Assembly: GCA_964304625.1 (NCBI GenBank)
Contig: OZ199838.1
Span: 3,980,705 to 4,044,704, forward strand
DNA: 64,000 nucleotides
Source of the DNA: Kudoa neothunni
Lineage: Eukaryota; Animalia; Cnidaria
Direction: 5' to 3'
Shown: piece after piece, positions 39,841 through 52,962 of the stretch
Layout of the letters: every line of letters begins with the position of its first letter
Position numbering within the stretch: the first letter of the stretch is position 1
Made by a program: the position numbers and the translations under genes
The notes under the pieces: generated by a model
Database searches by the model: none
What the model saw: only the letters and a program-made list of their open reading frames with translations
What the model was told of the DNA's origin: nothing

Positions 39841-42800
39841 TTAATATCGGGGTTTTTTTCGAGGATCGGTCGGTGGTGATCCCGCTTTGTACGGTGGAGG
39901 GGGTTGCGAGGGTCGATGTGTGGAACGACTATTTCTTGGTTCGGCAAAACGATTGGAATGGCCATAATAACATCTGGGTTGGTTGGCTTGTTGTGTCGGA
40001 TTATAACCATCATTATAATTTGGATACTATACAATAGAATAGCATATATTTTCTCTATACAACTACTTACTATACTAGGATTGATATGTGGTTGTGGGGC
40101 GGGGCCTAAAAAATGTCATTATCACCATCATTTTTAGATATTATCAAATTTGTTAAATCTATAACATCATAGAAAATTACTGTTATTGGAGTGGAGATCG
40201 TGATGATGATGATGATGATGATAGGGAAGATATTGATCACGATGGAGTCTTGAGTGTTGTTGATTTGTGGGTATGTGACGTCGAATGTTACCGCTGGGGG
40301 TAAAATTCGAGGAGGGGTTATAATGAGGTCTTAAATCAGGATGAAAGTAATTTGAAGTATGGTGCTTCAGAATATTTGATGCAGCGTTTCTATCGAGTTG
40401 ATAGGGATTGTTGTAGGGAGATAAACTGTTTGGCAGTGTAACTTTGGGATGATAATTGTTATTTTGATCGTTAGATGATGAAGATTTGAGAACGGCTTCA
40501 GGTTCAACTGCACCTTCCAAAATTTTAGCCTGAAAAATGAATTTTTCTCCGTAGTCAGTAGCACGATAGTCCACACAAACAACACTTTCTTGAGTGTGCG
40601 TTGTTTCGGAGCAGTTCTCAAAAATTAGATCTCCCGCCATATTATTACATTTCAAGGGGTCAACAGACAACAGAAGGAATGACTCATATTTCGCCGAGTC
40701 AACAACAAACTTGTAGAGATTATTTGAGGTGGAAAAATAAATTCTGTCTAATTTGAGAGTGTTTCGTTGTTTTTCTTCGGTTGTCAATTTATCATTAAGT
40801 TGGTTGTCAGAGAGGGCGTTGAGGAGTCGTGCCTCATCAATAAAAGGCAACAGGGCAACTCCTTGCCAAGAGAATTTTTTTCCATTGAGATCCACCACAA
40901 AATTTGTGGGATAGAAATCAATAATCTCCGATGAAGGATCATCCATAAGGTATTGCCATGATTGAGGAAGGAAGCACTTGCTATTGGCAGGGAACACTGC
41001 CATCAACTGTTCCATTGGGTTGAAAGGTTTAGTGTTTTTAGGGAAGTGAATGTCCGTATTCACAATATCGATACAGTCGGATGCAAAAGGAGCGTAATGA
41101 AACGGATAAAACCAACTCCATGAAGGACAGCCTTGATAATAGTATTGCAACACCCAGCTCAATCCTTGCACATAATGTTTAACCACATCATTCCTGAAGC
41201 TATCAAAATCAGGGTCCAACTCATCTATATCAAATTTCCAAGAGTAGTAACGAGATCTCCATCCTTCCTTATACAATCTAAGCGTCAATTAATGGGTCTT
41301 ATGCAACAGCTGATGAACAAGTGGAACCTACTCTATATCCATATCGTTGGTGACGAGAGTTTTGCTTTTTACACCAAGGCACACACTGTTATTGGTTGAG
41401 AGTGTTGAATCACCTTCGGTTATGGTTGTTTCGGAGCTTTTGAGTGTTTCCAATTCATCGTTAAGTTGTTCACGCAGCAATTTTGCAGCATCCTAATACA
41501 CAAAATGGTACCTCACACGTCAATCGTCATCGAACGTGTACCTGGTTAGATTCGGTTGGAGTGGGTTTGGATTCTTCCAAGAATGCCGAGAGTTGGCTCT
41601 GTCTGATGGATTTAGGAGATTGTAATTTGAAGTAACTATGGCTGTTAGTTTTTGACGATTTTTGTGCAAGGTCTTCTCTCCAAGTTTGATTTCCGTCATC
41701 AACCGCCTAAAACCCAGTTCAAAAAACATGTCTCATGCAAAAGGAATCACTCTTCTTTTTCGATTTTCTTCTTGACTCATTCGATATTCGTACTGAAGCT
41801 TAATCACACAATATGAATGGTTGAATGTAAAGTGACATATTTATTAAGCAGTTTTTGTTATCTTATGGAATTTAAATATAGCTATACCTTTCTATTATGT
41901 CTCTCCTTGAAAATATTATCTTCTAAATTACCAAGACCTGCCAATATATCGACAATTAATAAAAAATTCCCTTTATTTAAAATTTGGATTACGTTTTAAT
42001 AATTTTTGCACATTTTCAACATTCAAAAAGCCATTATAAGTTAAATAATCCTAATTTTATTATATTTAAGATTATTGAATCTTTCACATACATCCAAAAT
42101 AGGCAACAAATCTTTGTACAACTGGACCAAGCGATCAATAGCATTTTCTCTGAATCAAATATCAACTAAAAAATCCACAAATTCGCGTTTAAACTAACCT
42201 GATTTCAAGTGAAGGCAAATGTGGAAGAAAATCATTCCCCACAAAGAAGCATAAAAATAACCAATCATCAATACATCTCTACACACAAGTGTATAAGATA
42301 ATTGCTAAAATCACTCTAATTCTAACCGAGTTGAAATTACCTCAAAATTGTATTCAACTCTCAACTCTCCTGGATAGAACTTTAAATCTCTCCTCAGATA
42401 CTAACCGAATACACTCAAAAATTCAATAACCAATAGCAACTATACTTCACGGAGCACTGAGAGACTTACGAACAGGAATTTAATTTCAACTAATGGAGGT
42501 GGCGAATTTTCTAAAATCACCTACCCAAATAATAATATATATTTATTGTATTCCGAATTATAGACATATACATTTCCATTCTCATCAGTAACTATACCAA
42601 CGCAATCTTCTTTCAAATGACCTTAAGAATGAGAGTAATAAATAATACTGTCTATCAACATCAATTACCATATTGTTCACACATAGGACACGGTTTTGGT
42701 CGGTTTGGTATAAATTCTTCTCGTAAAATTGTAAAATGTAGCTCATGTGTTGCAAGTCCTAGAGAAAGTTGCACTATTCACAACAGACAATTTTCACCAT

Positions 42801-44391
42801 ACCCAACATAATAAGATCGGCTAAAAATCAAAATTAAATTTGATATTTTGAATGACAAATTACCGTCAGCACCATTCAAACAATGATGTGTATTGGGATC
42901 ATAACCACTTGAATCTGCAAATTTATATTTAAATAAAATATCATTTAAAACTCAATAACTACATAAGAAAGTCTATCCTCGCAAAGATAATCAGATGGCA
43001 AATACTTTTTAAAATATCAGACTTAAATCGGCAATATTTCATAAAACTTATCTTATTTCAAATATATGTGAAATATTTTTTTATTTTTTGTTCAATTTTT
43101 AAGTGTAAGAAGAATGAAAATAACATTCAAATATTTCATGCTGTTATCATTTACCCCCAAATATCATTTTTACAATATTGAAATAATTAAATTATTGAAA
43201 TTAATATTTTCATAGTTAGAAAAATTCAACTTAGAGTCAACGTTCAAGCCTGCAAAATGATCAAGTGTTGCCGTGAGATAGATGCCTGAAGTTATAATTA
43301 CTGCGTTGTTTACGAATAAAATCCATTATTTTGTGTTCTCCTTCGCCAGGAACATTAGCATCTGAAAGTATCACCTAATGTGTAAAAAATTAAACTCGAA
43401 AATTGTAAAGAAATCGTTGTATTTAATATATAAAAAAGAAAATATCATAATGTAATGAGTTGTGATGTGATGTAAAATTAAAAAAAATCAAATAATCACC
43501 TGAATATTTCTCCAACCAGGATCATCAGTTATCTTCCTTTTAATAAATTCGTCCAACTTTAATGACAAATAATGCATAAATTCGGTGCCCTATAAAATCA
43601 CAATTACACCATAATTCAGCCAGCACAAAGAATGATTGTGCAATCTGATGTGTTACCGGTGTTATACAATTAGAATCAAAATTAAAATCTTTCTTTTCTG
43701 CCAATTTATATCCATTATCTAAAAGTTGTTGTCTTAAATTTTTCATATTTTCATTGTTGTCTCTAAATAAAAACATTAATGTGGAATTACGCAACAACAC
43801 AATCAAACAATACATTGATTCTATAGCTGAACGAAATCTTCTAGACCGCTGTTGATTCATTTTAGCTCTGGGTGCCTACATATCAATTGTATGTTAGAAA
43901 TTACGTGTTTTTGATCATACATATAAATTAAAAACTTACAACTCCATCTATAGCCATGTATAACAATTTTCTAGGTCGTACAATATTAAATATTCTAGAT
44001 ATTGACATATTATTTAAACAGTAAACTACAACACTCCATCCACCTTTCCACATATAAAAATATTTCGTCAATCATTCCTTCTAACGAATCTGGAGCCAGT
44101 CTAATAAACTCCATGCACTAAACAATTATATTGCATCTAATTTACTTTTCTTCCGGGTGACAACATGGATGAATTATCCCATTCATATCAAGATACAAAT
44201 TGTCAAATTCAACACCGTTAGGATTTGCCTCAGATGTATTGTTTGGAATATGCCCTCCATTTGGTCCAATTCTCTAAATAAAAATCCTAATATGCTTTTG
44301 AGAACATTATAGATACTTTTTGCTCATATGCGTAAGTGATAATAGATGGATATCTGTAACCTAACCAACGAAAGAAGGACGGAACTCCCAT
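39841..44391 (-). CDS. XRN2: 5'-3' exoribonuclease 2 (Rat1), about 24 exons
   Basis: [30 protein letters not shown]|[22 protein letters not shown]|[35 protein letters not shown] knuckle [32 protein letters not shown] and [11 protein letters not shown]. The frame is intact through all introns read. Confidence 0.96.
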
Positions 44392-45578
44392 TTTTGTTTT
44401 TGGTGAAACCTGCGCAGTCTTAATAGTTACTCTAATTTCGTTTTCACGCTTCTAACATATCACTTATATAATCTAAGAATGAATGATTTTATGTTTTGTC
44501 GAATGTATATGCTATTAAATAATTAAAGACATGTGAATATTCAACTTATTCTTCGATCCATTCTTAATGTAATTTGTTGCGCTCTTGCGCATAAATAAAC
44601 GTGTGTCCATTTTGGGTTGAATTTATATATTCTACGATTTATCCCCAATTTAAATAAAATATTTTTGTCACCTAAAATTCCTTAGGTTATTAAGATAGTT
44701 TTAGGCTGTGGAAATTGAGAAATAATTGTTTGATAAGGATTAAGTAACAATTAGGAATAGATTAGTAAAATTATACATTATATCACAACAAAATCTACGT
44801 TGATAATGGGACAGTATTCGTTTCTAGAAATTATTTTTTTCAATTTTACGGACCTCTTATCACTGAATAAATCGTCTGGCTTCATTTTTGAGTCCATTCG
44901 TGGCGAAATTTTTTGTTGCGGTCTGAAGATAATATATTATGTAAAAATGGTCATTCGTAACGATTTAAAAAATTAAAATGCTCAAACAAAATTTTGGTAG
45001 CCATTATCACCAAATTATGAGGAACGTAAATAACAGTGCCTAATGCCCCGGTAGATTAGCATCGCGTGTTTAAACATTTATTTTAAGTTGATATACGATT
45101 AAATTTAACATTATAAATAGTATTTTAGGGCTGAAATTTGATATACGCCCTCCTTAAGACTAGTTCAAACAAAGAATTATTTGGTAATAAACGAGATTAT
45201 ATTTAATACTAATGATAAGTATGTAATAGTTGATAGTCTTTCTAACACTATGTCATACATTGCTATTTGAAGAGCATTGATAAACCATTCCATACATCAT
45301 TGCAGTTTTTTCTCTCCATTGAAATCCAGAAAGGAATTCGTTGATTCCAACCATAGAAACAGAGCCATCATCTTGGACTGAAAATGTTTGATTTCGTGGT
45401 GAAATTTTGTACTTTATAACCCCCCATGGACCATCAGTTGTGTTTGTGTGTGCTCCAATAATACTTTCAACGTATTCAATGCTATGATTTAACGTTAAAT
45501 GCTGATAGAAGTTATGCAATGTAGAATAACTCTTGAAGCAATCGGTTATTATAATTGAATATGTTTTTTTATTATTTC

Positions 45579-45696
45579 TGTTAGAGCCAAAGAGAGACGC
45601 CATTTAAAAGCTACTACAGTGATAGAGGATTAAGTTAATCTACCCGTTACTATGCTAATAATGCGCGTCACACATAATATAAAGTGTGTCCCAACA
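45579..45696 (-). repeat. Gypsy 3' LTR
   Basis: Direct repeat of 49430-49547 with 4 substitutions in 118 bp. Confidence 0.95.
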
Positions 45697-48600
45697 CTTC
45701 TCCCCCTTCGGATGGATTGGCATGTCTTGAATTTTCGACGGTATTTTCCATAACCAAATGACTCCTTCTCTCAATATGTGGTTTCATCTTATCGAAATTT
45801 GTGATAAGTTCTCTTCCATCTCTTTCCAACTTATAAACAGAATCTGATAACCTTTGTTTCACCACATATGGTCCATTATAAAAAGGTTTTAATTTGCCTT
45901 TCCGTACAGGAACTTGCAGCCAGGCTTTATCGCCAATACCATATGGTTTACCGTATGCCCTTTGATCATACCTTTGTTTCATCTTCTCAAGTTCACATTG
46001 CAAGTTTTCTTTGGCTAATTTATGAGTAACTTTCAAATCCGCCACAAAATTTTTTATATAATCGCCAATCGGAAGTGAAGTTGACTTAGTGTTATAAAAT
46101 ATATCAAGAGGAGTTCTGATATCTCTGCCAAACATTAAAACATTGGGTGAGTATTTTGAAGAGGAATGGATGCTAGATCGATATGCCATCATAACAAGCG
46201 GAATTAACTCGTCCCAATCGCCATATATTGAAGTAAATTTGCTCAGCATATCCACGATTGTTCGATTCAAGCGTTCGACCATCCCATCTGATTTAGGGTT
46301 ATACGGGCATGTTCTAGTTTTGCTAATTCCCATTATCGTACACATTTCTTTAAATCCAGCCGATTCAAAGTTCTTCCCTTGGTCGCTATGAAGAACATTT
46401 GGAACACCAAAACGGCTGAAGACATTCTTAATCAACTTTTTAGCAATAGTTGTTGCTTCTTGGTTCTTGATTGGAAAAGCTTCTGCCCACTTCGTGAAAC
46501 AGTCTTGAACGACGCATATAAAACGATTGCCTTTTCGGGTTATGTTTAAAGGACCCACAATGTCGATTGCAATTCGTTCCATTGGATAAGTTGAAATACT
46601 TGTTGTCAATTCGGATACAAACTTCTTCGTAGCACGATTTCGACGTCCACAGGCAGAGCACGATTCACACCAATTTCGAACGTACTTTCGTTGGAACGGC
46701 CAATAAAATTTTGAGACTATCCTACTATAAACTTTGTTATGACCCAAATGTCCACTTGCAGCGTTATCATGAGTTAATCTTAAAATTTCTTTCTTCATAT
46801 TGGTTGGCACAATTAATCTCAACATTTTATCGGTTTTCCCATCTGAGTATTCTCTATACAGCAATCCATCTACCAATTTCAAACTTTTCCGCAGCATCCA
46901 CAAAATTTTTACTTCCGCCGAGCTACTCTTTGGCTCCGTCATAGGCATTGTTTTTGATTCAATCCAATCCATAATTCGGCGTATGGAAGGGTCCGATCTT
47001 TGTTCTATTCGGACTACATCTTTACCAATACCTTCCAACTGCGTAGCAGAATAAACTTTTTCACTAGGAATACGGGACAGCGAATCCGCATTCATATGTT
47101 CTTTACCTGGTCGATGTATCACATCAAATTCAAACTCTGCCAACTTCTCCAGCCATCTAGCCAGTTGTCCTTCTGGGTTCTTAAAAGACAGCAACCACTT
47201 TAGAGCATTGTGATCCGTTCGTATTGTGAATTTTTTTCCAATGAGGTAGACTTTGTAATATTTTACAAAATTGACAAGCGCAAGTAGTTCCTTTCTAGTA
47301 GCACCATAATTCTTTTCACTCGAGGATAGACCACGACTACCAAAAGCAATAACGTATTCTTTTCCACCAACAATTTGTGACAAAACGCCGCCAATAGAAT
47401 TATTGCTAGCGTCAGTATCTAACAAAAATGGATAGCTCCAATTTGGAGAATTGAGCATCACTGGTTGCAAGATCGATTTTTTTAAAACATCAAAATTTTT
47501 TGAGCATCTGTCTGACCAAAACCATTCTACGTCATTTTTTAATAAATCATATAAACAAGATGAGATTCCTGAAAAATTCTTAACAAATTTTCTATAGTAA
47601 TTAGCCAGACCCAAAAATTGTTGCAACTCTTTAGTATTAGTAGGCGTAGGCCATTTCTCTATAATTTCTGTTTTTGAAGGATCTGGTCTAATACCTTTTC
47701 CACTAATGATGTGACCAAGAAACTTCACTTCATCTTTGAAAAAATGCGATTTTTCATAATTTATTTGCAAACAGGACTTTTTCAGCGTTTCCGCGATCAC
47801 CTTAACATCTTCCTTATGACTGTCCATATTCTTTCCGAAAATTATCATGTCATCCAAATAGACAAGACATATTGAACCAATATATTTTTCTAATACATAA
47901 TTCATTAGTCGCTGAAATGTCGCTGGCGCGTTGCATAAACCGAACGGCATTTTTTTTTAAATGGTACAGTCCATCTACTCCATAAAAAGCCGTCTTCGAT
48001 CTGTCCTTTTTGCAAATGGGAACGTTGTGATACCCATTTCTCAGGTCCAGCACCGTAAAACACGTTGAATTAGCCATCATATCCAATATATCATCGATAC
48101 GGGACAACGGGTACGAATCTTTTGTAGTTATGGCATTAAGCTTTCGGTAATCCACACACAGTCAGTGCTTGCCAGACTTTTTTCGTACAATAACTGCGTT
48201 AAATGCCCACTCCGAATTTGACTTTTCTATGACGTCATTGTTCAACATTTTCTCGATTAACTGATTTAGTATCTCTCTTCGGTGATACGGTATTCTCCTC
48301 CTGTGATCCTTGATTGGTTTATGGTCGGCAGTGTCGATTTGATGTTCGATTTGCATTCCCACAGGATCAGCATGTTTCACTGATAACATTTCCAAAGTAT
48401 TATTACCTTGTTTTTTCGTGTAATCAACAGGAATTTTTCCAACCACAAAGCTGAACTGCAAAGCACTCATAGTATCCATTCCAAGTATACAATCATGTAT
48501 CAAGTTATCAACAACATAGAAGCTTTGAACTAAGAGCTTATTATCATATTTGATCCTCAGCTTCACTGTTCCTTTGACATCCATTTTATCGCCACTAGCA

Positions 48601-49429
48601 GAAACCAACTGCACAGAGGTCGCTTGTATGTTATAAAGTTTGATCTTTCGTAATAAACTAACACTTACTACACTTGACTGCGAACCAGTATCTATCAAAC
48701 CATCAACATCCACACCAGAAATTTGAATTCGCAAAAATAACAATGAAGAACAATCATTTATCATAGCTCTTCCATAACGGTTGTTTTTACAGTTGTTCAA
48801 CTTACTATGGTTACGGCGTTTGATACATTCCCTCTTTGCTTCCAATGATTCTAACCTTTTGGATATTTTTCTTAAAGTATCATCTTCTCTTACAGCCATT
48901 ACATCGATCTGATGCTTGGAACTGTTATCAATGTTTTTCATAACATATTCAAGTTTTTGAGCCAATACTGATGCATCATTCAGAGTTGATGGATCTTTTA
49001 TCAATAAGTCCTTTCTAATTTCCAAAGATTCTAAACCATGAATAAACTGGTTTCTGAAAATTTCATCAAGATGGAGGTGACCAACACCAGGAAAAGCTAC
49101 TCTTCCTCTCCTCCTTACTTCTTCAGCGAACTCAACCACATTCTGAGTTTCACACTGTATATAGCTGAAAAATTCTCTCTGAGATACATATGTATCTTTA
49201 ATTTTTCCAAATCTGCCTTTCAAAAATTCTTTTACCGTCTCGTAAGGAGTTTGAAGTCCAAAGCCGGCTTCCTGAACAATCGAAAATACGGGCAACGACA
49301 ATGAAACTAAAGGTTCCAACGCCCATCTTTCATGAGGAATTCCTCTGTGGATCACGAGCAAATCAAATTTTGCCACCCAACAATCCACATTTTCTCCATC
49401 AAACAGATTCATATTAGTCACTGCGCCAA

Positions 49430-49547
49430 TGTTAGAGCCAAAGAGGGACGCCATTTAAAAGCTACTTCAGTGATAGAGGATTAAGTTAATCTACCCGTTA
49501 CTATACTAATAATGCGCGTCACACATAATATAAAGTGTGCCCCAACA
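49430..49547 (-). repeat. Gypsy 5' LTR (contains the ORF's first ATG at 49454)
   Basis: Direct repeat of 45579-45696, followed by the PBS on the minus strand. Confidence 0.95.
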
Positions 49548-50668
49548 ATTTCTATTACTATTTCTGCTGTTCTATCAGGGACTTCAATAAGAAACAATTT
49601 TCTTCCAATCGTCCTTTCCACGCCACCAAGCACTCATGCTCCGTTAACGTCATGATCTCGGTTGTATTTCCGCTTGCCAAATTTTGATTCATCGATTTTA
49701 ACGATTATATTTTACCCACCAATGATGGTATCTTCAAAATCTAGACTGTCACCAACTAATTGTCTGAAATAATGACAATAATTTATGATTGCCTGGGAAG
49801 AATGAGCAGTAATTTTTATCAAATCAGCTGTCTTCACGCCCACTAACAAATAATAAGATAATTTGAGGATTGCGTTAATTTTTAGTTTGTTGTGTTTGAA
49901 AAATGTTTTTTCCAATATTGAAATTTATTTTACGCAATTCTTCCTGCAGCATCTCCAGGTTTTCCTGCGTTGCTAAAAATCGTCATAAATGCATTTTTCA
50001 CATATAATTAATGGCTGAAAAACATTATTTCAATTAAATATTTTGAATCCTCTTTGGTTTCAAATATATATTCTAAGAACACTCATCGGAGGGATCATAG
50101 TGAGTTAAATCGGTCACACTATCGTGAATAATTTAATGCTCCACATGACGCGAGAATCCGTCCCTTTTGAACCGGGCTTAAAATGGTGTATATCAAATGT
50201 GATCCAACTTTAATGATAAATATATCTAGATATTATGTCTCATTGAAGAATATGTAGGGAGACCCTATTTAGAAACAAATAGCATCAAGATTCTTACAGT
50301 TAAAATTTTTAAGCGTTGTATCCTTGCATAAAATGTTATATTTTTGAATCAAAAAATTCACCAAATTTAATTCTTCAATAAAAATTAAACTTCATATTTA
50401 CATATTCTGATAACCTAATTTTGTGTTATGTTGACCTTTAAAGCGCACCTACAAATAATAGTGATCAAATATCCATTACTCTATTTTCAAAAATAAGAAA
50501 ATATTATTTAAATCAGTCCGATAATTTATCGATATTTAATCTTAATAAATTAATACTAATGAGCTAGTTCACACGACGCTTAATATACAAATAGTTGAAC
50601 ATATTTGTATCTAAAAATTTGTATAAATCATATTAACTATTTATATAAATAAACATTTATTATATCCC

Positions 50669-50834
50669 TGTTAGGGCAAGGAACCATCGTTCAATATAAC
50701 AATAATAATATAGAGGCTAATATAAGGGTGTTTATATAGTTAGCGCCAACTGTATATTAATACACATAGGTAACGACCAAGATAATGTGTGTCATTATAT
50801 CTTTGACGCCGAAGACTAACTGTCAGCCCCAACA
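50669..50834. mobile_element. Solo LTR, 166 bp
   Basis: ATCCC|TGTTAGGGC ... GCCCCAACA|ATCCC: terminal inverted repeat plus a perfect 5-bp TSD. Confidence 0.8.
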
Positions 50835-51869
50835 ATCCCCATTGAGTAATTACACATCTTCATTGAATTTTCAAAGTAACTGTATTAATTATGATAGAAT
50901 GTTCCTAAACGCTGAGTTTATATAATGGTGATTAAATGTAAGATATCATAATTAGAGAAACTTATTAAGATTTTAGAATTTAATTTAAAAGCGATACTTC
51001 TGAATAAATCCGCCTTATAACAAGTTCTGCTGACAACAGAAAGAGTATTTATTCTATTATTTAACTCAATGAATAATATTACAGATATAGCTTCATGTGG
51101 CATTATAATACTCGATCATAGCGTTTTTGTGCGCTCTCAATGACTTTGCAATTTAATATGGCAACATTATTTTTGTCCTAAAATTCAAACTGTTAGATTC
51201 TCAACTTCAACTCTGAAAAGCGACAAAACGAATTACTGACGTTAAAAAACTATCCTCTTTAGTATCAACATCACTATTTTCTGCACTACTTTCGGTGTTG
51301 TTCATTGTGTAGGTATAACTACGCTACCTAGGGTACAAGTTTCATAAAATACAACATCACAGCTTTATACAGCTACATCGGTAATAATAAACAAACTGGA
51401 ACGACCAACCTATTAAATATACGTTTTTAAACTTTGTAAGATAACAATCATAATCAATCAACTTTATTTTACTTTCTACAGTGCAAAAAAGTAAATCGAT
51501 CGTAAAACTTATCTGCTGGGCCAATGGTCACTGCCAACATAAAAATCATATTCGTGTGTATCATTACAACGTAAAAATTTAAATTTGTGTTGGAAATAAA
51601 TTGAAAACTTGTTTTGTATCTGATTTGTAAACAATGGCTCAATATAATAAAAATGCTTATAACGATCAATAATTTTTGTTTTTGCGACGATTTTGATGTC
51701 AACCCCTCATTTATAAAATTAATCCGTATCTAAAAATATTTACAGCCTAAGTTTTTAAATAAAAGAGAGAGCAGATTAAATTTTAATATATGTATTTTTC
51801 CTCGGACGAGATATATAATCATGATTCATAAGATAATACACAAGAATAATTTCTGTTGAACTTTATTAA

Positions 51870-52962
51870 CCCTCAAATGGTACATCTTTGTATACAGCAA
51901 ACCAATACTTAATAGATTCCAATTTTTTTGATTAATTATTGTATAAGTTTTAATTTTTATTTTATCTTGTAATGGTCATTGGGGTTAAATTTACCTCATG
52001 TTTTTTTTGATAGAAATTATTTCGAAAAATGTGAATTACTTCTAACTTAAATAAACAAAATTCCTATGAGTAGTTTTTGTAGAAAGTAAGGAAATGTTAG
52101 ATAAATTAATTAAATCGCATGCGCGCATTATATGAAGATGTGTTATTCTAATGATTTCATTGATGAATTTTGTTTTTCAGAGAATGAACATCATGTTATT
52201 GACGAAATGTCTTCTTTTCGATGCTCCTTGTTGAAAAATTGTTGAAAAAATTGACCATAGAGACATTACGTTAAAAATTAGAGATACCACCATGCCTCCA
52301 TTCATCACGAAATAAAGCCCCTTGTGGCAGCAATTTTGTATTCCGTGAAGAGTATATATTGGTATCTCATGTTCTCAATAATTCAAAATGCGTTATTTTC
52401 TTAAAGAAATCGTTGAACAATTAAACAAAATATTGTTGGCAACAAATTCCACAAACAAAGCAATAAAAACAGATCTCATCATTGTTTATGCATTCCAACT
52501 GGAACCTCTTCTCAATGTAAAGCGAGAAACATGTGAATACAGTGAGAGGAAAAATGATAAAAAATCTTCTTAATGGCGCGAAAATTGTTCTAAGTTTTAT
52601 TGTCCAATTCACGCATTTAAAAACTGTTTTAACTTCGTGTAACTTTCAAGAATTCTTTTTATGTTTTGTTTTAATATTTCAACTGGCTCAACACGTTTAA
52701 TTCCGTTGAATTAACGCAATTACTTTATTAATGAACATCGATGTGTACCGATATGTGGGGCGGATCATATACGAGGCCGATTATCGCGGGGATTACATCA
52801 AAATTTAATATGCATTTGCCAATGTTTCATCTATAGGAATTAAAAATTATTCTACGATATTGATTATTGGACTTTTTAAAGTGTTATAATTCAAAAAAAA
52901 TGTGGGGTAAAATTTACCCTAAAGTCCATTATACGTTCATCGTTTTTGGGACCATTAGAAGA
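51870..52962. mobile_element. Non-autonomous piggyBac derivative
   Basis: TTAA|CCCTCAAATGGTAC ... GGACCATTAGAAGA|TTAA, with subterminal GGGGTTAAATTTACCTC and GGGGTAAAATTTACCCT. Confidence 0.7.

Larger units (their letters stand above)
45579..49547 (-). mobile_element. Full-length Ty3/Gypsy LTR retrotransposon, 3,969 bp
   Basis: 118-bp LTRs TG..CA, TSD ATTTC on both sides, PBS TGGCGCAGTGAC, PPT AGGGGGAGAAG. Domains gag, PR (LIDTGS), RT (YLDD), RNase H (DTDAS), IN (HHCC, DDE, GPY). One nonsense codon at 48162 and one poly-A frameshift at ~47951. Confidence 0.96.
45129..50205 (-). mobile_element. Merlin transposon copy 2, split by a Gypsy insertion
   Basis: TIRs GGCTGAAATTTGATATAC.. and ..GTATATCAAATGTGATCC. 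N-terminal half (IDESKFGKRKYNR, VLGGVER, VPDRTAE) at 49548-50100; C-terminal half (TDCFKSY, VESIIGAHTNT) at 45253-45578. Confidence 0.85.

Noticed and set aside
14406-44391. Functional cluster of RNA-processing genes (SART3, NELF-B, SRSF, XRN2)
   Set aside because: Interspersed with unrelated genes on both strands; such genes are common in a reduced gene set, so chance is adequate.
48159-48164. TGA-CTG between the gag-PR and RT ORFs as a programmed readthrough site
   Set aside because: It falls at the conserved Arg of RLCVDYR inside RT; a CGA>TGA nonsense mutation is simpler.
50900-51850. Minus-strand exon-like fragments (possible spliced pseudogene)
   Set aside because: Some GT-AG pairs exist, but frames hit stops and no family could be recognised.
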